A DNA stretch of 33,377 nucleotides. It comes from Paraglomus brasilianum (Eukaryota). The position numbers were made by a program, and so were the translations under genes. How positions within the stretch are numbered: the stretch's first letter is position 1; every line of letters starts with the position of its first letter. The stretch covers positions 1 through 33,377 of the forward strand of contig CAJVPI010000360.1 in NCBI GenBank assembly GCA_910592345.1, read 5' to 3'. The notes below the pieces were generated by a model, which was given only the letters and a program-made list of their open reading frames with translations, made no database searches and was not told the DNA's origin. Positions 1 to 11,085 of this stretch are shown here, one piece after another.

Positions 1-1388
1 TTAAATTGATTCCACTTGAGATAACAGACGAGACACATGATTTATATTATGCCGAGGTAAACCATTTACTTATGCGTTATGTTATTGAATAGTATAGTTA
101 TTGAATAGTATAATTATTGACTTGTTATCTCCACTAGTTATGTGATGAGCATCCAGATATTCTTACCACAGATGTTTGGGTAACCATCGGATTCACATAT
201 GATGAAATTATGAAATTAAACAAGTGTATTGTCTCATAAAAGTTGACGATGGATTATGTTTGGCATGTACGGAACGATTAGAACCTAAGATAAATTTATT
301 TTGTTGCTGGTGTAAAGTACTAAGACATGTCGATTGGACTACTGGCAACAAGTCACTGGATTCATTTATTATGGAATCGTGGAGTAATATGAAGATTAAG
401 TATGATGCATATATACAATGGATAGAGTATTCCCTATTTACAGACGTACGAGAAATGATATCATTACGCTATGGATGCACACATATAGCAGAATATTTAG
501 AATTGACAACAAATGAATTAACACGTGTGACACTCAAAAAGATAGTTGATGAAGGGAATGATCAATTTTATCAGGTAAATTGTAAAATGCAAATAATAAT
601 AATATTGTTAACGTGTGTATCGCACATTTAACTGTATTTGTTTACTCAAATAGCTGACTAAGGAATACCCAGAGATATTAACACCCGAGAATATTTGGAT
701 AATTGGGATCACGCAGGAGCCATCTACTCGGGAATATTATTTAGTTTTCTATCATGATGTACATGCACTACTGGACAAGTTCATACAAATTAATGAAGAT
801 GTTAAGTATATTCAGTATAGCGACTTTTACGAACTCAAAGAGATCGGATCTGGTGGTTATGGAACAGTTTATACTGCTGAATATAAAAAGTATTCAGAAG
901 TATGGTCTATGCAAGAAACTGTTGTACTCAAACGGTTTAAGAGTTTTGATGAAATGCCAGAATTATTTATTTCTGAGGTAGGCAATCATTGGTAGTATTA
1001 ATTAAAGTGATATTTAATCTGACTCTGTATTATTTTATTTATTAGTTCAGAAATCATGCAAAGTGTGCAAGTGTAAGTGGTACTTATTTTCCATTCCTTA
1101 ATATTTATGGAGTGACACAAGACCCAGAAACAAAAGAGTACATGATTGTTATGCAACATGCTAACAATGGTAGTCTTTTGTCTTATTTGGATCAAAATAT
1201 TAACAAATTGACGTGGAAGATGAAATTACAGCATTTGAAGAGTATTGCACTTTATCTGCATGCTATCCATGATATGGGATTAGTGCATTGTGATCTTCAT
1301 GGCGGAAACATAGTTTTATATTATGATATGCCACGTATATGCGATTTTGGTCTCTCACGATCAGTGAATTCACGTCAGTCAAATTCTG

Positions 1389-1406
1389 CTCTCTCTCTCT
1401 CTCTCT
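1389..1406. repeat. (CT)9 microsatellite at the left junction of the insert
   Basis: CTCTCTCTCTCTCTCTCT; encodes the ERERE run on the minus strand. Confidence 0.95.
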
Positions 1407-1930
1407 GTTCTTAATTCTTGTAATGATAATTCATTCTTATTAGTTCTAGTTAAATAATTACTTATTTGCTCTTGTTGCTTTGGGGTTAAAGTGCTGTTAG
1501 TTGGATTATTGTCGTTAAACTCGATTACTAACTTATTATCTACCATTTTAACAAGACTGATATTAAATTGAGTAAATCAATTTTCCAATTGGTCTAATAA
1601 TTGAATGGTATTTGTTGGCTCATTTGGATTATTAGAAGGTTGGTTAGGTTGGTCGTTATTATTGGGTTGCTCTTCTCCTTCTTTCTTGTGTTCTTCATCT
1701 CCTCAATCGTTTTTCTGAAAAGAACAATTTGCTCCGTGTTCTTGGCATATTCCAGTAGTTTTAAACTCCATAAGAGGTTTGGTTCCAATTAATTTTTTAT
1801 TTTGGTCGTAATAACTCTTTTCAGAGCCTACGGGCGAAGGTTCAGAATGTTTACAATATTTCGCTTCATTCTTACATTTCAATTTCACTTTTTCTCATGG
1901 TTCGGCTTCTAGTTCTATTCAAGCATCTGA
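1391..1930 (-). other. Foreign DNA insert encoding an internal fragment of a genetic-code-4 (TGA=Trp) protein; probably from a Mollicutes-related endobacterium (MRE)
   Basis: Absent from the paralog. The minus frame reads SDA*IELEAEP*EKVKLKCK...QKND*GDEEHKKEGEEQPNNNDQPNQPSNNPNEPTNTIQLLDQLEN*FTQFNISLVKMVDNKLVIEFNDNNPTNSTLTPKQQEQISNYLTRTNKNELSLQELRTERERES. Every * is TGA (1919-21, 1895-97, 1703-05, 1577-79). There are no TAA, TAG or TGG codons and no intron is needed. Confidence 0.75.
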
Positions 1931-3569
1931 GGCGTTTATTCTTTATTGCACCAGAAGTCTTCGATACCTGCAAATTTACTCAGAGATCAGATGTATATTC
2001 TTTTGGTATCATTATGTATTTGATCGCTACTGGTGAACCACTATTTAGAGATAGGCAGTTCGATAGATATTTAGTATGCGATATTATGGGCGGACTACGA
2101 CCATCGATGCCCGATTCCGCACCAGAGGAATACAAGAAACTTGCCGAGCGGTGTTGTGATGCTGATCCTGATAAGCGTCCAAATATATGGACACTTGAGC
2201 GTGATATTAAGAAGCTTATTTATAAGGTGAAAAACGACAATTCTGACATATGGAATGCCGTTTATCATAATGATGTAAAACCGTTATCACGCCTCGAGAA
2301 GGAGAGTAAATATTCTAGTACACTCTTACCTGCGGGAGATCTACCTAAACCAAGAAATAGCTATGATATGGATTCAGCTGCAGGTATGAAGACAGGGATT
2401 GCATAAGTGCTGATATTGAACCAAGTCAGTTTACACACAGTATATTAATATTGTCACTATTTTCTAATTTAGTGACTCAAACATTTTAATGAAAACGGTT
2501 ATTTATAGCTTATACGAACCTATGTATGTCAATCTGAGTGGTGTCAATAGAGAGTAATTAGTGCACGACGTTGATGTGATTTGCGTGGCGTGGGTGTCGA
2601 TTTTAAACTAAAGGGCAAGTAGCAAATAGTTATCGTAAAGAGTTAATTTATTTTATAGATGTCATATAATACCTTTACAAAATTGTAGTGATTATATTTA
2701 TTGTAAATTATTCGTCGTAAACTATTAACCCGAACCTGGTTGTTTAACAGTTAACAAATAGCCTTACCCACGTCTTTGTAAGCATTGTTTGTGTACTAAA
2801 ATAGTATTGTATTCTTACTAACGGGTTTATTATGAGTTTTACGAAAGTCGCTTGACTCAAACTGCTAAAAAATAATTTGATGAGACTTGAAGTATTGGAC
2901 TCGATTTCGATAACGTATGTTAATGATTACTTGTATAATTACTAGCAAACATTATCGGTTAATGGTATTAGTATAAATAAAATTTAATTCTCAGCTAATG
3001 AATGCCTCTTGTGGTTTCTTTTCTGCCTCCTTCAGATTCTCCTGCGTACTGTTCAGCGCTTCAATTTTTTTTCGTTTTCGATAGAAAGATGTGCTGCGCG
3101 ATTAAAATATTATACTTCAGAATTCTATTTACTAATCGGAGAGAATTAACTTTATAGCAGAACCACTAACTAATAATGTTTATTCATTATGCGATAGATT
3201 TCCTCAATTACTGACAACTTAAATAACAATATCGAAGAATATTTATTTAACTGATTCAATCAGTATTATATCTGTGAGCTACGTCATTGGACAATTTATC
3301 ATCATACGCTCGAATGTTATCTTTTTGCTAATGTTGTGAATATAATTGCGCGAAAAGATGTGCGTTAAATTATTGGCCGTCGATTTATGATTATCGAACG
3401 CGACTTTGTTTGTTAGGTATAGATCTAATCATACGATTATTTGCAGGAATCATTGGATATTTAGCAGTTTACGGTTGATACTAAAGGTACGTACGTAGTC
3501 AATATGTGTGGATCTAATCGTACGATGATTTTGCATTGAAATTATTGGTACAGTTTTAGCATTATAGTT

Positions 3570-3640
3570 AGAATGTATTTTGATGTTTGTATTTTTGATG
3601 TTTGTATTTTTTATGTTTGCATTTGATGTTTGCATTTCGT
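3570..3640. repeat. Degenerate ~14-15-nt tandem repeat (TTTGATGTTTG[C/T]AT-like)
   Basis: About 4-5 imperfect units. Nearby dispersed copies of TTTGCATTGAAATTATTGG occur at ~3530, ~3663 and ~3734. Confidence 0.6.
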
Positions 3641-3929
3641 TGTTTGAATTTTGGATTCATGGTTTGCATTGAAATTATTGGCATTACGGTTGGACTTGTA
3701 AATATAGACTATTTTGATCTAACCGCATGGTGATTTGCATTGAAATTATTGGTACAAGTTTTAGCAATACGGTTAGCGTTGTTTACAACGCGGCGTTATA
3801 TACTATTCTATAAAAAGCTCGTGTGTTCTGTACATTTTGGCTAAGCCCCTGTTAAACTGGGGTAAGGAACTTTTTATTCACATGGCTATGCCAATCATCA
3901 ATTTTTTTGCTGCAACGTGCAGCAGATCT

Positions 3930-4099
3930 GCTCTCGATATAAGAAAGTGATCGGGGCCCAACAAATTCCTTTCTTATATCGAAAATCTCTTATATAACGG
4001 GAGTCATTTGTTACAAGACTTTAAATCGGGTCCAGCAAAAATACTTTCTTATATCAAAATTTTCTTATATCGAAGGGTTCTTATATCGAGAGCCACTTG
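3930..4099. mobile_element. Small MITE relic (Tc1/mariner-pogo-like), left end damaged
   Basis: 16-bp inverted repeat GCTCTCGATATAAGAA (3930-3945) / TTCTTATATCGAGAGC (4078-4093). Internal repeats of TTCTTATATC. The right end is followed by TA. Confidence 0.6.
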
Positions 4100-4114
4100 T
4101 AATTAGTTTTTCCA

Positions 4115-4656
4115 GTGCAAAAGCTGCTTGGTCTGAGTAGTAGATACAACATCGATGAACATTTTAGCCTGCTAATTCCTGCGCCTGCTTGCCTCCTGAT
4201 AATATCCCAGCAAAAGCTGATGACATTGTACACTGGTTTGAAGATACGTATGTACATGATTATACAGTACGATATCTGCCTTTATTTCCACCTGCCTTTT
4301 GGTCCATTGCTGACAACATGGAGTATGCCTTGCTGAGAATGCAAAATTCAGTAGAAGCCTGGCATCAAAGATGGGATACCTTGGTATAGGTGTGGTGTCT
4401 TTAAAATTATCAAACACATACAGACAGAAAGAACAAAGCCTAGTTACATTGAACATAGAAGCAAACTTACGAGGAGCACAACAGCCTCCACAGACACGAT
4501 CTAATCACGTGATGTCAGTGTAAAAAACTTGCTTTATCAGATGGTCAACAAAGTCGACAAGTCGTTGCTCGTGAAACGAGGATACAAACAGTTTTTAATA
4601 ACCGCGATCAGATGCCACTTATGGACTTTCTTCGGGGAATTGCACATAATATTTAG
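4115..4656 (+). mobile_element. Degenerate C-terminal part of a MULE (Mutator-like) transposase
   Basis: Frame-broken peptides: LPPDNIP..DIVHWFEDTYVH..PLFPPAFWSIADNMEY..RMQNSVEAWHQRW and RETRIQTVFNNRDQMPLMDFLRGIAHN. They match the PP..W..RTxNxxEAWH pattern of MULE-type transposases, recognised from family knowledge. Confidence 0.7.
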
Positions 4657-5002
4657 CTTTAATAATAAATTAATAAATATACCTCTGTTCTGCAACTGAA
4701 AATTTTTTTGTAATTTATCAATCATACATCCATATGCAATTAATTACATTAGCTAGTTAACGTGTTAAATTTATGATAACTATAAAGTATCCATTCAAAT
4801 TAGTTGTTCAGTCGTAAAAATTACATTTACTTATAGTAAATTCAGTTCGCTGTTTGAAACTGAAATATTTGTTGATTAAACGGGTTGCAATCAAGGCGTA
4901 CAGTATATATGTTTTGCATACATGCTCTTCCGATTGGCATCAAACTCATTGCCAGTTTCATAACTTTAGACAATCGGTCTCAATATTTACTTTATATTTA
5001 TA

Positions 5003-5787
5003 CAGTCGAAGCTCGTTATAACAGATACACGTTACAATGGGATCGCATTACAAGAGAAATTTTTTTGGAACACAATTTTCTTATATTAAAAATTGCTTGT
5101 TATCTTGTTATAATGGATTCTCATAGTAAAATCGCGTTATTAGCTATAATGGAATCAGTCTATATCACAGTCAGTTGCACTATAATGGAAATATGGGACG
5201 AGAGGGTCAAACTCAATATGATTATTGCGTATAAAACTGATATTAATATTTAAGCACTTGGCTCATACGAAATGCCTAGCAATATGATTATTAAAAGAAT
5301 ATCTTTAACAAATGCACAGAAACGTCAACTATGTCTTGACAAGGAGAATCAACGAATGGTGAACTTGCGTCGAAGTACGGAATCAAGGAAAAAGCCATCT
5401 CTGCAGTCTTAATGGCAAAAGAAAAGTGGCTTGCAACAAATTCTAATGAATATACTGCTCAGTTAAAGCGTAATCACCCCCTCAAAATACGAGAATAACG
5501 TGCCTTGTGGAGTTGGGTCAAAGGTGTGTTATTCTCCAGTCTTGATATCACTGGTGCTGTGATCTATATGACATATATCATGTAATGATTGATGAGATTG
5601 CGAATATGCTGACGACATTTATTACAAGTCATTAAACTTATAGCATAATTGTATAAAATAAATTTCGTGCTATAATGGAATTGCACATGCAATCATTAGA
5701 AGTCCATTATGACAAACCATACACATTATTATGGACTCATGTGTTCATGGGCTATGCCCAACTTTCTATTATAACGAGCTTCGACTG
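5003..5787 (+). mobile_element. Non-autonomous pogo/Tigger-like (Tc1/mariner) DNA transposon, 785 bp, internally deleted
   Basis: Perfect 19-bp TIRs: CAGTCGAAGCTCGTTATAA (5003-5021) and its reverse complement (5769-5787). TA target duplications at 5001-5002 and 5788-5789. Frameshifted CENP-B-type HTH remnant at 5272-5565 (KRISLTNAQKRQLC / ELASKYGIKEKAISAVL..KEKWL / RALWSWV..DITGAVI). No DDE domain. Confidence 0.9.
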
Positions 5788-5982
5788 TAATAAATAATGC
5801 ACTCTATATTTTCTTACATATTCAAATGATCTACCCCGCAGACAGTAAATGTGCACGATTTTATTTCGGGATCCTGTTAACTCAATTGTATTGACATACA
5901 TGTAAGCACATTGCATAATTTGAAGAGGAGCAAGCATTTGAATAAACTCATATAAACTGTAAATAGCCCGTGAATTACAAGT

Positions 5983-8541
5983 TTATTCTAATAGAGTTTG
6001 AGTCTCTAAATTATAAGAAATGAAGGGTGTTAACATTGTAAATTGACTTTTTTTTGTATCAACATATAACCATACCTGCAGCTGAATCCAAATCATAGCT
6101 GTTTAGGCAATTCTCTAGTAGGTAAGAGATTGCTAAAATATTTACTCTCCTTCTCTAGATGCGTACCTTGTTATGACAAATGATATTCCACATGTTGTCA
6201 TCTGAATTATCCGCGTTCACCTCGCCATAAAGCTTGTCAATATAATTAGCCAGTGCCCATCCATTTTCAAATCGCTTGTCAGGATCTGCATCACAACACT
6301 GCTCGGCAAGTTTCTTGTATTCATCTGGTGCAGAATCAGGCATTGATGGTCGTAGTCCACCCATAATGTCACATATTAAATCTCCATCAAACTGCCTATC
6401 TCTAAAAGGTGGTTCACCAGAGGCAATCAAATACATAATAATACCAAATGCATATATGTCTGATTTCTGAGTAAATTTGCGGGTATGGAAGACTTCTGGT
6501 GCAGTAGAGGATAAAGCACCTTGAATGGTTGAATTTGATTCATGCAAATTCACTGATCGTGAGAGACCAAGATTGCATATGTATGGTTCACTTACTTGGA
6601 ACACTTTTTCTGTTGCATCATTGCCATTCCCCCCATTCAGAACAATGTTTCTGCCATGAAGATCACAATGTACAAATCCTGCATCATGGATAGTATGCAG
6701 ATCATATGCAATAAAATGTAAACACTGTAATTTCATCATCCATGTCAATTTGTTAATATTTTGATCCAAATAAGACAAAAGATTACCATTGTCAGCATAT
6801 TGCATAACAATTATGTACTCTTTTGTTTCTGGGTTTTGTGTGAATCCATAAATTTGAAAGAAATCATCAGCCCCCATGCACTTGGCATGATTTCTGAACT
6901 ATTAAATAAAAATAAATACAGCATCAAATTAAATATCATTTTAATATTAAGATTAAAGGTTGCTTACCTCAGAAATAAATAATTCTGGCATTCCATCAAA
7001 ACTCTTAAACCATTTGAGTACAACTGCTTCTAAATATAAATAGTTTCTATATTTGGCTGTATAGACTGTTGCATAACATCCAGATCCAATTTCCTTAATT
7101 TCACTAAAGTCAGTATATGACATATACATGACACGTGAATTAGTTTGTACAAATTTGTCCAATGCTACATGCATGTGGTAAAACACTAAATAGTATTCAT
7201 GAGAAGATGGCTCTTGAGTGATCCCAGCTATCCAGATATTATCCTGAGTCAATATTTCAGGGTATTCCTTGGTTAGCTGTTTGAGTAAATAAATACAGTC
7301 ATTACAACAATAATCAATATTAAACACACTCAATTGCATATAATTTACCTGATGAAAATCAAATAATGGATCATTTTGTTTGTCAGCTATCTTTTTGAGT
7401 GTCACATGTGTCAATCCATCTGTTGTTGATCCTAACCAATTTGCTATATGAGTGCATCTATGGGGTAATGATGTCATCTCTTGTATGTTTAATAATTGAG
7501 AGTATTCAATCCAATGTATATACATTTCATCTATATTACTACTCCATGACTCCATAATAAATGAATTCAATGACTTGTTGCCTGTAGTCCAATTGAGAGG
7601 TCTTGGTGCTCTACAGTAATAACAGAATATACTTATGCTAGATTCAAACATTGCTGTACATGCCAGACATAATCCATCTGTATGGTTAACTTTTAGTAGA
7701 CAATACTTTTGTTTGCTTGTATCATATGTAAATCCAATGGTTATCAATACATTATTAGCTGGATGTTCATCACGTAACTAGTGGACATGTACATAATAGT
7801 TAGCAATTATTTAAGCAATTCAATAAACATGATAAATAAATGGTTTACCTTGTCATAATATAAATCATCTGTCTCATCAGTTATCTCAAGCGGAGTCATT
7901 AAACAATCATCATCAGTAATAAGTAGACCACGTAAGTATACATCAAATCCCCTATCAATAATGCAATTGGATGGAATCCATTCCAAATAGGCTTGATTTG
8001 CTGAGGTTGTTTGTAATTGAGATTTCTTAATAAACTCATCGAGTTGTTTATTGTTGCTAGTCCATCCATTGGATAATTGTTTATGTCCACAAATGCACCA
8101 CACGGGACTACATCGAAGTATTCCACATGCGGAGCAGAACCCATATTGAGAATAATAATTGTAAAAGAGTTCACCAGCAACCATGTAATAACTACCGTCA
8201 TACTCGGTAAATCCATAGATTTGTGCGTTGCGCCTTCCAAGCAATACGGAATGTCTTCTGAACTGATTAATATCATTGTTGTACTTGTGTGTTGGAAGTG
8301 AGTATATTCTGGCAAACTCACTCACAAATTTTGGTGTACATATTTCATCGCTTCCAAGCAACACCAACGTTATCGAATATGCTTGCTTGCGAATAGCGCA
8401 GTAGACGTTGTCAATTTGAGTTGGCTCTATGTCGATAATTTGCGAGCGAGGAATCCATTCAAGTTCATCTTCACTTTCCAAGGAGGATTGGACCAAGTTG
8501 TCAATTGCTGGATTATTAACAACCCCTGATGCTAACGACAT
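5983..8541 (-). pseudogene. TKL-type protein kinase copy B; probable pseudogene or pseudokinase
   Basis: ATG at 8541. Exons 8541-7849, 7777-7349, 7276-6968 and 6898-~6076; ancestral stop at 5983-5985. Same intron positions as copy A. DFG is changed to NLG, HGGN to HGRN and GGY to GCY. A 10-nt deletion causes a premature TAG at 6155-6157. Confidence 0.85.
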
Positions 8542-8587
8542 AGTTTGAATTAAAAAAATTTTATTTTTTTCAAGTGCGCAATGTCAC

Positions 8588-8642
8588 TTGTGTTATATGT
8601 GTGTTACATGTGTGTTACATGTGTGTTACATGTGTGTTACAT
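8588..8642. repeat. 11-nt tandem repeat (GTGTGTTACAT)x4 plus one degenerate unit, upstream of kinase B
   Basis: Exact units at 8599, 8610, 8621 and 8632. Confidence 0.9.
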
Positions 8643-9112
8643 GGGTCTGGTTCATTTCACCGACAATCATTACATAAATGTAATGTACTGTCAACAACCT
8701 AATCAAGATAATGTTTATTGTGGGATAACTATAGTCCGATTAGACTATTATTACCCCCCTTAGTCCGGATTATAACTATCCCAATGACAATGAGATTACA
8801 TTTGCATCGTCATTCAAGTAAAGCTAAAGCTCATACCCAACAACTCCAATTCCATATATCACCCAATCGCCTATTTATTGAATCATCAAAGTGTTAGCAT
8901 GATAGACTGTTTTCACTGTTACAATATCGAGCAAACTGACAAAATTACCAACCATCGTCTCCTTCAACTCCACGATGATTTCACATTTGCGTCAATTTAA
9001 AATTAATTATTTCAGCTTCCTGGCCAATTTCTGTATAATAATAACACAGAATGTTTGATATCTAAAACATTAAGCCATAGCATATTTTTGGTTATTTTAT
9101 ATCAATACATAC

Positions 9113-9225
9113 CAAAGAACCGATAGGTTTATCTGTTATTTTGGTATACGACAAATTAATGGCGAATTGCAATTCCAGTTTTATGGTTATTCCGGTGTTT
9201 GACAAATTGAGTAATGCTTTTGCGC
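9113..9225 (-). pseudogene. Possible leucine-rich-repeat exon relic
   Basis: AG/GT-bounded 113-nt segment reading AKALLNLSNTGIT..INLSYTKITDKPIGSL (two NLSxTxIT motifs). No full gene could be reconstructed. Confidence 0.3.
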
Positions 9226-9831
9226 CTAATATATATTTTTTTGTAATATTCTACCTTGATATACTGTTAATTACGTATCCAAAATAAATTCATTGTCGCT
9301 AAAGAAACCAACCAATTCATACAGTGGCTATCAAAAGTCCCCGGCACGCTTAAAATTTACTAGTAAAATATATGGAATATCTTTCTTTTCAAAAATCTCT
9401 CCGACACATGTGTACTATACGAAGGATAGTTGTGCTTTTCCAAAAACTATACAAAAAAATTTTATATGTTATCGTTATAAATCAGTAGCTTGACGAAGTG
9501 TGCGTATACGTGCTATACATAGATTTTCATATCGTGATTTAAAGACAGCTACTTCAATTTGATCATATTGTCCAACTTAATCTACCTCTCGGATCATCGT
9601 TCCTCCTTAACTATCGCTTTTGACATCTGCCCGTCCGTCGGCCCACCATTACTCTAACGATCGCTCTTGACCAAAACATCCAGGCAAGCAGTTATTTTCT
9701 TTCAATCAACAGATTCACATAAATTCTTTTGTTGTTTTTACTATATGTTCGTTCTTGACTATTCACTCTAACTTCTTTTTCATTGAATATCCACTCACCG
9801 GACTTTTCATTCTTCTCTCCCTCACCTCTAG

Positions 9832-11085
9832 CTGCTGGTGAGTAATATTTTCCTTTATGCTTTCGTGTTCGTGGGAGCAATGGTGGGAAAATGGTTTGAA
9901 TGCTGTTGCATGCATAGAGTAATCTACTCACTGCTATTTCGTCATTATCATCATCATCCCTTTCGCCTCGCCAAGGTAAATATCACTGGTATTGTTTGTC
10001 ACTTTTCATGTATATCATCACATCCATATTTATCACTCGTTCCATTTATCCACCCTACCCTTCCTAACTGGAACAATCCTATTTCCTTATATGAATGGAT
10101 AAAGGCGCTTTCAATGCGCCAAATTGGCAGTATAGATTGAGTATGTTTTTTAGCTTTGTCGATTATCAATTATGTACTAGTTTTCTTTAGTTCCGAATAA
10201 TTGCCAATATTTTTCTTTCCTTTTTTATTTATTTAAAGCTCGTCGATACCTTTGGCAAGGACTTTGAACTTTATGAACGAGAAATCACTATTAAAACACT
10301 AATGGAATGGGGATCGTAATTTTAATGGAATCAAAAAGCGATTTAATACCAACAGCAGGAACAAGAATGAGCATGCTATCCCTGTCTTGGCTGGCGGACC
10401 TGGGACTGGAAAGAGTAGATTTCTTGATGAAATTCAGAACCTACTAAATGAATACGCTCATACTTCTAATGATCAAAAAGTCATCAATGCTTTCAAGAAT
10501 ATGATTGTTGTCAATGTTACGTACGGGAATGGAACCCCTGCTTCGAATGCGGATAAAATATTGGGCAGTGAAAGCATCACTTGCAATGCGCCTTCTTTTT
10601 GCGTACTTCCATCCTACATCCAATTTATCTCATTATGTCAGCAGGGCAGCCCAGACCCAGACTCTCCACTGCCATGCAGGTTATCCGGCAGCACGTATCC
10701 ATGAATCTTGATGATAGAGTCGCTCTGATTGTTGGCATCGATGAATTTAATAAGTTGCACGACATAGATCAGTCAACCTCGAGGAGCCTTATAACCAGTA
10801 TTGGAGGACAAATGTGTAAAGCGCCTAAAGGCTTTTTTTTTTGTTCCCATTGTTTCCAGTGCTATTGAAGGACTTATATATGTGTATCCACGGATTTTCC
10901 TCCCATTGCCCATCAAAATTAGCCGTGCAATCGTTTGCGATGATGATTACATTACTTACGACCATTATTTCTGGCGCTGCATTGGTGATATCAGAGGTCA
11001 CGTTAGGACATTGGAATTCTTTCTTGAGAAATTCTCGGAACCAAAGCTGCTGCTGAAGTTAAAGTCAAAAAATTATGTCATCTAA
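9832..11085 (+). pseudogene. Crinkler (CRN)-type P-loop NTPase pseudogene, 3' truncated
   Basis: Exon from 10239 (FELYERE). Walker A GGPGTGKS, VVNVTYGNGT, Walker B LIVGIDEFNK, and GDIRGHVRTLE. Frameshifts near 10302, 10572, ~10630 and ~10840. No C-terminal nuclease domain is visible. Confidence 0.8.

Larger units (their letters stand above)
1..2489 (+). pseudogene. TKL/tyrosine-kinase-like protein kinase of an expanded Glomeromycotina-type family, copy A; 5' end lies outside the window; disrupted
   Basis: GT-AG exons: ..56, 138-574, 654-977 (IGSGGYGTVY, VVLKRFK), 1046-1390 (HCDLHGGN, ICDFGLSR), ~1931-2382 (IAPEV, SDVYSFG, CCDADPDKRP) and 2473-2489 (stop TAA). It is broken by an 8-nt tandem duplication (TGAAATTA at 203-210/211-218, causing a frameshift) and by a ~540-bp insert between DFG and APE. 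Colinear with the paralog at 5983-8541. Confidence 0.9.

Noticed and set aside
1594..1792. Short ORFs 1601-1792 (+, hydrophobic) and 1594-1788 (-)
   Set aside because: They are shadow frames of the longer code-4 frame.
1391..1930. The insert as an intron or a transposon
   Set aside because: No GT/GC donor at the breakpoint, the paralog has no intron here, and there are no TIRs, TSD, poly-A tail or transposase/RT motifs.
4885..5253. 122-aa ORF
   Set aside because: It crosses the transposon terminus and has no recognisable motif; likely spurious.
6099..6165. 10-nt and 8-nt deletions in kinase B summing to 18 nt, as compensatory frameshifts
   Set aside because: A TAG (6155-6157) lies between them, so the frame is not rescued.
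8588..8642. Tandem repeats here and at 19009-19095 as CRISPR-like arrays
   Set aside because: Head-to-tail units with no spacers, in a eukaryotic context with no cas genes.
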